Shown piece by piece: positions 18,999-29,159 of a stretch of 64,000 bases of DNA (positions are counted from its first letter, which is position 1; each line of letters begins with the position of its first letter). The notes beneath the pieces are model-generated. The model ran no database searches, was not told where the DNA came from, and saw nothing but the letters and a program-made list of their open reading frames with translations. A program made the position numbers and the translations under genes. Source of the DNA: an uncultured Gammaproteobacteria bacterium (GTDB lineage Bacteria; Patescibacteriota; Microgenomatia; Daviesbacterales; UBA10151); the NCBI GenBank assembly GCA_964394855.1, contig CAYMZD010000004.1, positions 8,316-72,315 on the forward strand, given 5' to 3'.

Positions 18999-19990
18999 AA
19001 AGAATTTTAACTGGGGATAGGCCCACCTCTGATAGTTTTCATTTGGGAAACTATGTGGGGTCCTTGAAAAATAGGGTCAAGCTGCAGGATGAGTACGAGA
19101 CCTTTATTGAGGTAGTAGATCTTCATGCCTTAACAACTCATTTTGATAAAACTGCTGATTTGGAAAAAAATATCCGTGGTTTGATGCTCGGGTATTTGTC
19201 TGTGGGGTTGGATCCTAAAAAGGTTACATTTATTCTGCAGTCCAAAGTACCTGAAGTTTTGGAACTGGCATATTTTCTGGGAACTTTGACCTCCAGAGCA
19301 GTCTTGGAGCGCCAGCCGGCTTTAAAAGAAAAACTTGATCAGGGAGAACAAGATACCTTTGCTTTGTTTCAATATCCGGTTTTAATGGCGGCTGATATTC
19401 TGCTTCCTAAAGCCAATCTAGTGCCTGTAGGTAAAGACCAAAAAGCTCATGTGGAATATGCCAGAGACATTGCCATGAAATTTAATAGCACATATGGTGA
19501 AGTTTTTCCTATACCAGAACCATTGATAGGGGAAGTACCCACTCTTCCAGGTACAGACGGCAGGGGGAAAATGAGCAAATCCTTAAATAATGCCATTTTT
19601 TTGACTGACTCTCCTGAAGAAGTAGAAAAAAAGGTCATGAATATGTATACCGATCCCAAAAGAATCCACCCTAACGATCCGGGAACAGTTGAAGGAAATC
19701 CGGTCTTTGTTTATCTGGATGCATTTGGCACAGAAGGTGATAAAGCTCAAATTGCCAAATTCAGAGAGCTTTACACAAAGGGCCAAGTGGGAGATATTGA
19801 GGTCAAAAAGTATCTGGTATCCGTTTTAAATAATTTTCTGGATCCCATCCGCCAGAGGAGAGAAAAGTACGAGAAAGACCCCGAGCTTGTCGAACGGATT
19901 TTGCGTGAAGGCACTGCCAAAGCCCGTCTTGAGGCCCAAAAAACTCTACAAGAAGTTAAATCTGCCATGAAACTCGATTACTTCCCATAA
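18995..19990 (+). CDS. trpS: tryptophan--tRNA ligase
   Basis: TGDRPT, HLGN, YPVLMAADIL, VPVGKDQ, KMSKS. Confidence 0.96.
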   Translation: MKRILTGDRPTSDSFHLGNYVGSLKNRVKLQDEYETFIEVVDLHALTTHFDKTADLEKNIRGLMLGYLSVGLDPKKVTFILQSKVPEVLELAYFLGTLTSRAVLERQPALKEKLDQGEQDTFALFQYPVLMAADILLPKANLVPVGKDQKAHVEYARDIAMKFNSTYGEVFPIPEPLIGEVPTLPGTDGRGKMSKSLNNAIFLTDSPEEVEKKVMNMYTDPKRIHPNDPGTVEGNPVFVYLDAFGTEGDKAQIAKFRELYTKGQVGDIEVKKYLVSVLNNFLDPIRQRREKYEKDPELVERILREGTAKARLEAQKTLQEVKSAMKLDYFP

Positions 19991-20017
19991 TCCTTATTCT
20001 CTGGTATAATTTCCATC

Positions 20018-21859
20018 ATGGCCAATGGAAAAAAGAAATTAAATCACAAACGTTTGTGGTCTATTACCAAAGGGGTGGCTATTTATGTTTTAATAGCCCT
20101 GGCTTCTTTAATCTTCTTTTATTCATTTGCAGGTCCACCTCAACCCCAAAACCAAGTGCCAATCTCCCAAATAATTCAGGATATTAAAGATAAAAAGATA
20201 GACAAGATCATCCTGGAGGGGGATAAAATTCAGGCCAAATTAAAAGATGCTGATGAGAAGATAGTTTCCCGGAAAGAAGAAGGGGAATCAATTTATAAAA
20301 TTCTGGAAAGTTCTGGAGTTGATCCCAAGGAAGTGACCATTGAGGTCAAAGATATTTCCATGCAGCAAGCTTGGGTAAATATCTTAGGAGCTTTTTTACC
20401 AGTGATTTTAATGGTGGTACTTTTTTTCTTCATTTTCCGCCAAGCCAGAGAAGGAGCCCAGGGCATTTTTTCCTTTGCCCAGAGCCGTGCCAAGCTTTTT
20501 ACTAAAGATGCCCCTCAAATTAAATTTGGCGATGTGGCAGGAGCAGAGGAGGCCAAAAAAGAGCTTTCAGAAGTGGTAGATTTTCTAAAAAGTCCGCAAA
20601 AATATAAAGACATCGGGGCCAGAATTCCCAAGGGAGTACTTTTAGTTGGTCCTCCGGGTACAGGTAAAACCCTCTTGTCAAGAGCGGTGGCCGGCGAGGC
20701 CAATGTACCATTTTTCTCCATTGCCGGTTCAGAATTTATGGAAATGCTAGTGGGAGTGGGAGCAGCCAGAGTTCGCGATATGTTTTCCCAAGCCAAAAAA
20801 AGCGCTCCGGCCATTATTTTCATTGACGAGATTGAATCAATCGGCAGGATGCGTGGTTTTGGCATTTCCGGCGGGCATGATGAAAGAGAACAGACCTTAA
20901 ATCAAATCTTGGTGGAGATGGATGGTTTCGCTCCCAATGATCATGTGATTGTCGTCGGTGCCACTAATCGCCCTGATTTATTGGATCCGGCCCTAATTCG
21001 ACCAGGCAGATTTGATAGACGGGTGATTTTAAATATGCCTGATATAGAAGAGCGAAAGGCCATTATTGAATTGCACATGAAGGGTAAACCATTTACTAGG
21101 GAAGTTGATGTTGAAAGATTGGCCAGGCGAACTGTGGGTTTTTCCGGAGCGGATTTGGCCAATATGTTAAATGAGGCTGCCATTTTGGCTGCGCGCGAGG
21201 CTAAAAAAGCGATAGACCCCAGAGATCTGGAAGAGGCGGCCACCAAAGTTAAACTGGGGCCGCAGCGAAAAAGAATGCAAACGGAAAATGATAGGAAGCT
21301 TTCCGCCTATCATGAGGCTGGTCATGCCATAGTGGGACATCACTTACCTTTAGTTGATCCGGTCCATCGCATTTCCATAGTATCGCGCGGCATGACCGGG
21401 GGACACACCATGTTTCCCCCCACTGAAGATCGCTCTAATGAGACAAAATCGCGCCTCACACAGCAAATTACCACTGCCTTGGGAGGAAGAGCAGCAGAAG
21501 AGATGGTTTTTAGTGATATTTCAACCGGAGCGGCCAGTGATATTGAGATAGCCACCGGTATTGCCAGGGAAATGGTGGCGGAATATGGCATGTCCAGTTT
21601 AGGACCAATTAATATCAAACCTCGTTCTATGTTTGGTCTTTGGCCTACCATGGGGGAAGAAGGTGGCGGGGTTTCCCAGACCATGCAAACAAAAATTGAT
21701 ATGGAAGTTAAAAAAATTATTGACTCTTGTTACAAACAAGCTCAAGAGATTTTGCATAAAAATAAGGCCAAACTTGATAAAGTGGCCAAGGCCCTTTTGG
21801 GAAAAGAAACTTTAGATACGGATGAATTTGAAAAACTTATTGGGAAGAAGAAAACTTGA
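20018..21859 (+). CDS. ftsH: ATP-dependent zinc metalloprotease FtsH
   Basis: Two TMs, GPPGTGKT, RPGRFDR, HEAGH. Confidence 0.97.
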   Translation: MANGKKKLNHKRLWSITKGVAIYVLIALASLIFFYSFAGPPQPQNQVPISQIIQDIKDKKIDKIILEGDKIQAKLKDADEKIVSRKEEGESIYKILESSGVDPKEVTIEVKDISMQQAWVNILGAFLPVILMVVLFFFIFRQAREGAQGIFSFAQSRAKLFTKDAPQIKFGDVAGAEEAKKELSEVVDFLKSPQKYKDIGARIPKGVLLVGPPGTGKTLLSRAVAGEANVPFFSIAGSEFMEMLVGVGAARVRDMFSQAKKSAPAIIFIDEIESIGRMRGFGISGGHDEREQTLNQILVEMDGFAPNDHVIVVGATNRPDLLDPALIRPGRFDRRVILNMPDIEERKAIIELHMKGKPFTREVDVERLARRTVGFSGADLANMLNEAAILAAREAKKAIDPRDLEEAATKVKLGPQRKRMQTENDRKLSAYHEAGHAIVGHHLPLVDPVHRISIVSRGMTGGHTMFPPTEDRSNETKSRLTQQITTALGGRAAEEMVFSDISTGAASDIEIATGIAREMVAEYGMSSLGPINIKPRSMFGLWPTMGEEGGGVSQTMQTKIDMEVKKIIDSCYKQAQEILHKNKAKLDKVAKALLGKETLDTDEFEKLIGKKKT

Positions 21860-21893
21860 CTTTTGAGAAGATCTAGCAGTAAGATAATCTTGC

Positions 21894-22664
21894 ATGCGCG
21901 TAACTTGGATTTTGGCAATTTTAGCTCTCTCTGCAATCTTTCTTTCAGGCTGTAATACTGTTTTTGCCGCGTCAAACGCCCAAGAAGATTTAACCTCTGG
22001 TTTAACCCTGGATGAAGCTGGGGCAGTGGAAATTGGTGAATCTTTAATTTATCCATCTTCACCTTTGTATTTTCTAAAAGGTATCAGAGAGCGGATTGAA
22101 CTAATGTTAAGTAGTAATAATAAAGCTAAGGCTCAAAGAGAGTTGGAGTTTGCTCAAAGGCGCCTTCGGGAAGTAAGAGCTTTAATCAAACACCAAAGGC
22201 AGGATTTAATTGACTCCACCCTAGAACGTTATAAAGCTTCATTAAACGAGGCCAGAAGTTTATCTGCCCCAGATTCTAGTCTGCAACTGCCAGTGGGGGA
22301 GGCTATTTCGCGGCATTTGGATGTGTTGCAAAGAGTCCATGACCAAGTGGGAAACCCCAGAGCTAAACAGGCCATCAGAGCAGCGCTAGAAAGGGGAATG
22401 GAGCATTTGCAAACCATGCAAAAGCGTTTGGATTTAGTGCAGCAACAAGAACTAATTCGCAAAACAGCTTTGCGCCAAGCTCTAGCTTGTAATTTGCTAG
22501 CTAGGGAAGCTTCCAATTCTGGATTAACTGATACAGACAGAGTTTATCTGACACAAAAAGTCAAAGATTGCCAGCAAAATATCAGAGAAAATCTAAAAGA
22601 TGAGCTGATGGAACTGCGGGATATGAAAAAACAACTCCGCCCTGCCACACAATCTGCCAAATAA
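21894..22664 (+). CDS. secreted helical protein (DUF5667-like)
   Basis: Signal peptide; PSSPLYFLK...AQRRLRE. Confidence 0.65.
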   Translation: MRVTWILAILALSAIFLSGCNTVFAASNAQEDLTSGLTLDEAGAVEIGESLIYPSSPLYFLKGIRERIELMLSSNNKAKAQRELEFAQRRLREVRALIKHQRQDLIDSTLERYKASLNEARSLSAPDSSLQLPVGEAISRHLDVLQRVHDQVGNPRAKQAIRAALERGMEHLQTMQKRLDLVQQQELIRKTALRQALACNLLAREASNSGLTDTDRVYLTQKVKDCQQNIRENLKDELMELRDMKKQLRPATQSAK

Positions 22665-22688
22665 TCCCAAATCTGTTACAATTTGGGT

Positions 22689-24815
22689 GTGAAACTATTA
22701 GTTTTGATTGATGGTAATGCCCTGCTCTATCGTGCCTACCATGCCCTTCCTCCCATGACTACTAGAAAAGGCGAACTGGTTAATGGGGTTTATGGCTTTA
22801 CCTCGATGATTTTAAAAGCTTCCCAGGATTTGCGGCCGGATTATTGGGCCATTGCCTGGGATGAAAAAGGACCCACTTTCCGCCACCAAGCTTACAGTCA
22901 ATATAAAGCCACCAGAGCAGCAGTTGATCAGGCCTTAGATTTGCAATATAAAAGGGTTCACCAAGTTGTCCAGGCCTTTAATATTCCCGAGTTTTCTCTC
23001 AAAGGCTTCGAGGCAGATGATTTAATAGGAACTTTGGTAAAACAAGTCCCCCGATTAGATTCGTCCCGATTGAATCGGGATCGGGGTCTAGAAACAGTTG
23101 TAATAACAGGAGACAGGGATATCATGCAAATTATTGATAAAAATACCAAAGTGTTAATGCCGCGAAAAACCATTAATGATGTGGGGTTATACGGGGAAGA
23201 AGAATTTGTTGCGAGATTTGGCTTTAAACCTAAATATTTGATTGATTTTAAAGCTCTGGCAGGGGATGCATCTGATAATATTCCTGGAGTTGCTGGAGTG
23301 GGAGAGAAAACAGCCACGGACTTGATATTGAAATTTGGTCCTATCGAGAATATCTACAAACTAAAGAATTTAAAAACTTTGCCGGAGAGGATGCAAAAGC
23401 TTCTGGCAGAAGGAGCAGAAGATGCAGTGATGAGCAAAAAATTAGCCACCTTGGACCAAGATGCACCAACTAAGCTGGATTTGGCAAAATGTCAGGTTCA
23501 CGATTTTGATAAAAATGAGGTTGTTAAATTATTTGAGGAGCTGGAATTTAAGAGTTTATTTGCTAGGTTGTCTGGCCAGGCTTCAGTCAGTACCCCTGCT
23601 ACAGACTTAGACTTAGAAGTTGAACCCATTTTACAGAAAATGAGCAAAGCCGGAGTTTTAATTGACCTTAAATTTTTAAACAAGATGGGAAAAAAGTTAA
23701 AAGACAGACTTGTTAAACTTGAACAAGAAATTTACTCATATATAGGTCATCAGATTAATCTAAATAGCCCCAAACAACTACAAATTGTGCTTTTTGATGA
23801 ACTGAAACTGCCTGTTTTTAAAAAAACCAAAACCGGTCGATCAACTGATGAGGAAACCTTGCATGAACTTATCAGTGCTCATCCAGTGGTTCCCTTGCTT
23901 TTAGAATATCGACAACTTTTTAAACTGATTTCCACTTATATCGATGCTCTACCTAAATCCGTGGGTAGTGATGGCCGAGTGCATTCCACTTTTAATGTGG
24001 AAGGTGCAGCCACCGGCAGAATCAGCTCACAAGATCCTAATTTACAAAATATTCCTGTTCGGGGAGAATTAGGTGGTGAAGTGAGAAAAGCCTTTGTGGC
24101 TCCCAAAGGCAAAGTTTTACTGGCAGCAGATTATTCCCAAATTGAGCTGCGGATTATGGCCCATTTGGCTGATGATCCGGGTTTGAGAAAAGCTTTTGAA
24201 GAAGGTTTGGATATCCATGCTGCTACTGCAGCCAAGATTTTTAATGTAGCGGTTGAAAAGGTGACCAAAGAGCAAAGAGGGGTGGGTAAAACCATGAACT
24301 TTGCCACTTTGTACGGCCAGGGTCCGCATGCTTTGTCCCGCCAATTAAAAGTGCCTTTTGAAATAGCCAGATCATATATTGAGGAATATTTTGCCCAGTT
24401 TCCCAAAATTCAGGAATGGATGCAGAAAACTTTGGAGGCAGGGTTGCAACATGGATATGTTGAGACTTTAATGGGGAGAATTAGATATATTCCCGAGCTG
24501 AAAGCGGAAAATAGAATGATTCGCTCGGCTGGGGAACGGGCAGCTGTAAATATGCCTGTGCAGGGAAGTGCAGCTGATATGATTAAAAAAGCCATGGTGG
24601 AAATTGATAAGGAACTAGGTTCCTGCACCATGATTCTCCAGGTTCATGATGAGTTGTTATTTGAATGTGATGGTTCGGCAGGCTCACCACAAGTCCGAAA
24701 ACTGGCCTTGATGGTCAAGGACAAAATGGAAAAGGCTTTAAAGTTATCCGTACCAGTGGTGGTGGATCTGAAAGTCGGTCCCAACTGGGGAGAAATGGAA
24801 CAGCTTAAAGCATAA
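22689..24815 (+). CDS. polA: DNA polymerase I (no 3'-5' exonuclease domain)
   Basis: IDGNALLYRAYHA, EADD, TGRISS, ADYSQIELR, QVHDEL. Confidence 0.95.
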   Translation: MKLLVLIDGNALLYRAYHALPPMTTRKGELVNGVYGFTSMILKASQDLRPDYWAIAWDEKGPTFRHQAYSQYKATRAAVDQALDLQYKRVHQVVQAFNIPEFSLKGFEADDLIGTLVKQVPRLDSSRLNRDRGLETVVITGDRDIMQIIDKNTKVLMPRKTINDVGLYGEEEFVARFGFKPKYLIDFKALAGDASDNIPGVAGVGEKTATDLILKFGPIENIYKLKNLKTLPERMQKLLAEGAEDAVMSKKLATLDQDAPTKLDLAKCQVHDFDKNEVVKLFEELEFKSLFARLSGQASVSTPATDLDLEVEPILQKMSKAGVLIDLKFLNKMGKKLKDRLVKLEQEIYSYIGHQINLNSPKQLQIVLFDELKLPVFKKTKTGRSTDEETLHELISAHPVVPLLLEYRQLFKLISTYIDALPKSVGSDGRVHSTFNVEGAATGRISSQDPNLQNIPVRGELGGEVRKAFVAPKGKVLLAADYSQIELRIMAHLADDPGLRKAFEEGLDIHAATAAKIFNVAVEKVTKEQRGVGKTMNFATLYGQGPHALSRQLKVPFEIARSYIEEYFAQFPKIQEWMQKTLEAGLQHGYVETLMGRIRYIPELKAENRMIRSAGERAAVNMPVQGSAADMIKKAMVEIDKELGSCTMILQVHDELLFECDGSAGSPQVRKLALMVKDKMEKALKLSVPVVVDLKVGPNWGEMEQLKA

Positions 24816-24923
24816 ATTTTTTATGAAAAGTTTTATGGGAAGAAAAATTTAATGGTAAGATAGCAGTGGTTGGTATTTTTTATATGAGGTTATTCGCCAA
24901 AAAGAGGGGTATATAATTAAATT

Positions 24924-25577
24924 ATGATAATTAAAAAATATCCTCAATCACATTTGATTATTACAGGAAATTCCACCAAACTTATTATTGACCCTGGTTC
25001 AATTACTTTTAGTGGTGGTTTTAAACCGGAGGAGTTCCAGGGAGCAGATGCTTATTTATTTACCCACACCCACCAGGACCATTTGGATACTAACACTGTT
25101 AAACAGGTGGTGGGAGAAAAGCCATGTTTTGGAAATGCTGATGTGGTTAGAGTATTTCGTGAGTTGGGATTAAATGCTACCCAGATCCATGATAGGGATA
25201 AATTTTCAGTAGGTGGGTTTGAGATAACTCCTGTTGATTTACCCCATTGCAAGATGCAGGATGGCACGGATGGTCCACCCAATACCGGTTTTTTAATTAA
25301 CCCCGATTTAATCGGGGTAAACGGAGTTTTGTTCCATCCGGGAGATGGAGACGAAGCTCCGGCCGGTTTGACTTCACAAAATGTGGCTTTGCCTATTGCC
25401 GGACCCACCATTACTATGGAGGGAGCATTGCAGTTTGCCAAGGATTTACAGGCCAAAGTGGTTGTGCCCATTCATTATGACTTTTTTAAGGCTGATCCTA
25501 ATGAATTTAAAAATATGGCAGCGCCTTTTGGCATTGAAGTTCGCCCCCTGGCTCCTGGTGAAGAAACAGAAATTTAG
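24924..25577 (+). CDS. MBL-fold metallo-hydrolase
   Basis: IDPG, THTHQDH, HPGD, PIHY. Confidence 0.85.
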   Translation: MIIKKYPQSHLIITGNSTKLIIDPGSITFSGGFKPEEFQGADAYLFTHTHQDHLDTNTVKQVVGEKPCFGNADVVRVFRELGLNATQIHDRDKFSVGGFEITPVDLPHCKMQDGTDGPPNTGFLINPDLIGVNGVLFHPGDGDEAPAGLTSQNVALPIAGPTITMEGALQFAKDLQAKVVVPIHYDFFKADPNEFKNMAAPFGIEVRPLAPGEETEI

Positions 25578-26044
25578 GCCTCTCTTTCTTTGGAAGAATA
25601 AGATGTGCCACTCTCTACCAGTTTAAATATTTCCCCTGGATCTTCTGTTTCTATTGCATGGATACCATAACGAAAAGCCTCAATGGGATTCAATTGGGCA
25701 ATTAATTCGGTGACCTCCCTGGCTAATTCTTGGGCAGGAATTGTGCCACTCTCCCTAGATATGATTCCTCGTACCCCTTGCATTATCCGATGAATTTCCC
25801 ACAAGGTTAATCTTGGACAAAATTGCTCAATACTTGCCTGGTATTGCTGCGGGTCAAATCGTCTTTTCTGGCCATCTGTTCCCACCAGTAAATCAATAGG
25901 TTCAGGTTTTTCGATAGTTGGGGAATTTAAACCACATTCATGGCATTTACGATAGCGGCGAAGGGTTCCATTGGGCAGATGAACTGTTTGCTGAACTCTG
26001 TTTGTTGTAATTGTAAAGCCCGTGTGCCCACAGAGTAATTGTAT
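25574..26044 (-). CDS. divergent NrdR-like regulator (zinc ribbon plus ATP-cone)
   Basis: Frame open upstream of the called GTG to 26047, giving CGH...GTLRRYRKCHECG...TIEK...DGQKRRFD; probable ATA start. Confidence 0.62.
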   Translation of the reverse strand: MQLLCGHTGFTITTNRVQQTVHLPNGTLRRYRKCHECGLNSPTIEKPEPIDLLVGTDGQKRRFDPQQYQASIEQFCPRLTLWEIHRIMQGVRGIISRESGTIPAQELAREVTELIAQLNPIEAFRYGIHAIETEDPGEIFKLVESGTSYSSKEREA

Positions 26045-26082
26045 GCCTTAAATTATACTTAAAATTCTGTTAAAATCAAGTC

Positions 26083-27201
26083 ATGAAGGTGGCATTAGTT
26101 CACGACTATTTAAGGGAATATGGGGGAGCAGAGCGGGTATTGGAGGCTTTGCATGAGATTTGGCCTAAAGCTCCAGTTTATGTGGCTTACTACAACCCGG
26201 CCGCTTTAGGTTCACAAGGTCGGGCCTTGCGAGGCTGGGATATCAGAACTTCTTGGTTACAAAAAATTCCTTTTGCCAATAAATTAATTTCCCCTCTTCG
26301 AATTCTGGCCCCAATGATTTTTGAAAGTTTTGACCTGTCACAATATGATCTGGTAATTTCTTCCTGCAATGTTTATTTTTCCAAAGCCGTGATAGTCAAG
26401 CCCGAAGCCTTGCACATCAGTTATATTCATACCCCCCCGCGTTATCTTTATGGCTATACCACCTCTTTTAATTATAAAAAACACTGGTGGACCAGGATAG
26501 GAGGGGAGATAATTAATCATTTTTTAAGAATTTATGATTTTGAAACTTCCCAGCGGCCGGATATTTTGGTGGCCAATTCCAAAAATGTTCAAGCTAGAAT
26601 AAAAAAGTTTTATAGAAGGGATGCAGAAGTGATTTATCCGCCAGTGGAAATTAAGAAATTCGAAATTCCCGCCAAAGGCGAGGCTCGCCAGAGGCAAGGA
26701 TATTTTCTGACGGTTGGGAGGTTGGTTAGGGGAAAGGGAATAGATATCGTTATTGAAGCTTGTGGCAGATTAGGATTATCTTTGAAAGTAGTTGGCACAG
26801 GACCTGAAAAAGAGAATTTAGAATCAAGCATTAAGAATAAAGCTTTAAAAAATATAGAGTTTTTGGGACAAGTTAGTGATGAAGAATTGGCTAAACTTTA
26901 TGCCGGGGCCAAGGCTACTATTGTGGCCTCGGAAGATGAAGATTTTGGCATTGTACCAGTGGAGTCAATGGCGGCCGGAACTCCGGTGATTGCCCCTAAA
27001 TACGGAGGCTATCTGGAAACTGTCATTGATGGGAAAACAGGGATATTATATGAAGCAGGTGAACTGATAGAGGCTATTAAAAAGTTTGAAAAGATAGTTT
27101 TTAAACCAGCAGATTGCCAAAACCAAGCTGAAAAATTTTCTAAAGAAAGATTTAAAAAAGAAATCTTAGATTTGGTTAAGGAGAATGTAAAAGATGCCTG
27201 A
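26083..27201 (+). CDS. GT4 family glycosyltransferase (mannosyltransferase-like)
   Basis: MKVALVHDYL..GGAERV, EDFGIVPVESMAAG. Confidence 0.9.
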   Translation: MKVALVHDYLREYGGAERVLEALHEIWPKAPVYVAYYNPAALGSQGRALRGWDIRTSWLQKIPFANKLISPLRILAPMIFESFDLSQYDLVISSCNVYFSKAVIVKPEALHISYIHTPPRYLYGYTTSFNYKKHWWTRIGGEIINHFLRIYDFETSQRPDILVANSKNVQARIKKFYRRDAEVIYPPVEIKKFEIPAKGEARQRQGYFLTVGRLVRGKGIDIVIEACGRLGLSLKVVGTGPEKENLESSIKNKALKNIEFLGQVSDEELAKLYAGAKATIVASEDEDFGIVPVESMAAGTPVIAPKYGGYLETVIDGKTGILYEAGELIEAIKKFEKIVFKPADCQNQAEKFSKERFKKEILDLVKENVKDA

Positions 27202-28075
27202 ATTACCTGAAGTAGAGACAATTAAATTAGTTCTCCAAAGGAGAATAGTTGGGAAAACTATTAAAGATATTCAAGTTCTATCTTCGAAATCTTTCATAGG
27301 TCAACCACAAGATATAAAAGATAAAAAAATACTTAAAATTTGGAGAAGAGCTAAGTTATTGGGAATTGATTTGAGTTCAGATAAAACCCTTCTTTTTCAT
27401 TTAAAAATGACTGGACAGTTGATCCATGAGGATGGGAAAAGGCCCGCCTTGCCCGACGCAAGTCGAGGCAGGTTTATTGGTGGGCATCCCACAGAAGATA
27501 TGAAGGGTCCCATGCCCAATTCTCATACACGAGTGATTTTTACTTTTTCGAGTGGATCAAAGCTTTATTTTAATGACCAGCGCCGCTTTGGCTGGATAAA
27601 AGTAAGTGACAAGGGAAAAATGGTAAGTGATAAATCATTAATAAATTTGGGACCAGAACCCTTGGAGAAAAATTTTACTTGGGAAGTTCTAAAGATAAAT
27701 TTGTTAAAGCATAAATCCATGCCAATTAAAGCGGCCATTATGGATCAGTCCGTGATTTCCGGGGTAGGCAATATTTATGCATCAGAGGCCTGTTTTGCCG
27801 CCAAAATCGACCCTCGCAGAAAAGTAAGTAATTTATCTGATAAAAAGTTCCGAAGTCTATTTTGGGGCATCAGAAAGGCTTTAAAGAAGGGAATTAAGTA
27901 TGGGGGATCTACCCGGGCGCATTTTGTGGACCCAGAGGGTCACAAAGGTTATTTTCTAGACTATGCCTTTGTTTACGGCCGCGATAAACACTCCTGTAAA
28001 GTTTGCCAAAGCGAAATTAAAAAAATCTCTCTAGGGGGCCGGGGAACATATTATTGCCCCAAATGCCAAAAATAA
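27194..28075 (+). CDS. mutM: formamidopyrimidine-DNA glycosylase
   Basis: PELPEVE, HLKMTG, GVGNIYA, C-terminal zinc finger. Confidence 0.96.
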   Translation: MPELPEVETIKLVLQRRIVGKTIKDIQVLSSKSFIGQPQDIKDKKILKIWRRAKLLGIDLSSDKTLLFHLKMTGQLIHEDGKRPALPDASRGRFIGGHPTEDMKGPMPNSHTRVIFTFSSGSKLYFNDQRRFGWIKVSDKGKMVSDKSLINLGPEPLEKNFTWEVLKINLLKHKSMPIKAAIMDQSVISGVGNIYASEACFAAKIDPRRKVSNLSDKKFRSLFWGIRKALKKGIKYGGSTRAHFVDPEGHKGYFLDYAFVYGRDKHSCKVCQSEIKKISLGGRGTYYCPKCQK

Positions 28076-28085
28076 TTGATATAAT
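28054..28085 (+). repeat. direct repeat copy 1 (mutM 3' end plus -10 box)
   Basis: TTGCCCCAAATGCCAAAAATAATTGATATAAT, identical at 29198-29229. Confidence 0.9.
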
Positions 28086-28093
28086 AAGCTTGT

Positions 28094-28552
28094 ATGGTTA
28101 GTGAAGAAGATTCGCAAACAATAGAGATAAAAGAAAGATCTAGGCGGCAAGATGCGGCAGGAGCGGCATTTAGAGGATGTATGGATCAGATTTCAACAAC
28201 AGAGAGGTTTACCCCAGAGGAGGCAAGGCGATTGGGTGGTTTATTTCTTGCTCGTTTACTTGAATTTGAGCTGTTTGTGCAAGATGTAATTCAATTCGAG
28301 AATACAATTGGTGGTCTTCCTAGGTGGCATAATCCCCATGAAAGGGGTAAATTAGAAAAAGCTTTGTTTGATGCTCAAAAAGGAGATTATAGAAAATTTA
28401 GAGAGGCCTTATCCTTATCCAGTCAAGGAGCATGGGTGCAAAAAGGTTTAAGAGAAAAGTTGTCAGAAATAGCTCGTCTGATTCCCGACCAAGGTGAACC
28501 TTTTAGACCGCCGCCTCCAGCTTGGCAAGATCCGGAATTCACGCAATTATAA
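28094..28552 (+). CDS. hypothetical protein
   Basis: 152-aa ORF behind TATAAT. Confidence 0.6.
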   Translation: MVSEEDSQTIEIKERSRRQDAAGAAFRGCMDQISTTERFTPEEARRLGGLFLARLLEFELFVQDVIQFENTIGGLPRWHNPHERGKLEKALFDAQKGDYRKFREALSLSSQGAWVQKGLREKLSEIARLIPDQGEPFRPPPPAWQDPEFTQL

Positions 28553-28568
28553 TAACATTACGCGGGAC

Positions 28569-28610
28569 TTGACAAAGTCTAAGAAAAATAGTAGGATAAT
28601 CTTAGGAAAA
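28569..28610 (+). promoter_or_regulatory. TA operon promoter with inverted-repeat operator
   Basis: TTGACA at 28569; CTAAGA...TCTTAG inverted repeat. Confidence 0.5.
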
Positions 28611-28617
28611 TCTAATT

Positions 28618-28893
28618 ATGATAATACCGACAGCTAAAAATACCAAAACCATTACAGATTTAAGGGAAAAAGCCCTGGAAATGCTAGAACAAACAAAAAA
28701 GGCGGGCCCCACCTTTATCTTGCATCGCAGTAAACCCACAGCCGTGATGTTGTCGATTGAGGAATATGCCAACATGATGGAGATGCTGGAAGATTATTTT
28801 GATGCTTTAAAGGCCGAAGAGCTAGAAGAAGATGGTGAGAAAGGCGGAATCGGTTTAGATACTTTAATAAAAAAATATAATCTTAGGGTCTAA
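28618..28893 (+). CDS. Phd/YefM family antitoxin
   Basis: TITDLR...PTFILHRSKPTAVMLSIEEY; acidic C-terminus. Confidence 0.85.
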   Translation: MIIPTAKNTKTITDLREKALEMLEQTKKAGPTFILHRSKPTAVMLSIEEYANMMEMLEDYFDALKAEELEEDGEKGGIGLDTLIKKYNLRV

Positions 28894-29153
28894 TGTACCA
28901 AATTACTATCTCATCAAAAGCAGAAAAGCATTTTGCCAGACTACCTAAAAACTTACAAGAAAAAATCGCCAAAAAATTAAAGCAACTTGAGGAAAACCCA
29001 CTTCAGCAAGGCTTGGATATTAAAAAGTTAGCAGGTACAGAAAAAAGTTATAGATTAAGAGCAGGGGAACTGCGGATACTTTACCAAATGAAGACCGGAT
29101 TAAAAACAATTTTAGTGGTAGACATTGATTTTAGAAGGACCTCCACCTATTAA
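28893..29153 (+). CDS. RelE/ParE family toxin
   Basis: Basic 86 aa; IKKLAG...YRLRAGELRILY; coupled to antitoxin. Confidence 0.87.
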   Translation: MYQITISSKAEKHFARLPKNLQEKIAKKLKQLEENPLQQGLDIKKLAGTEKSYRLRAGELRILYQMKTGLKTILVVDIDFRRTSTY

Positions 29154-29159
29154 AGGTAA

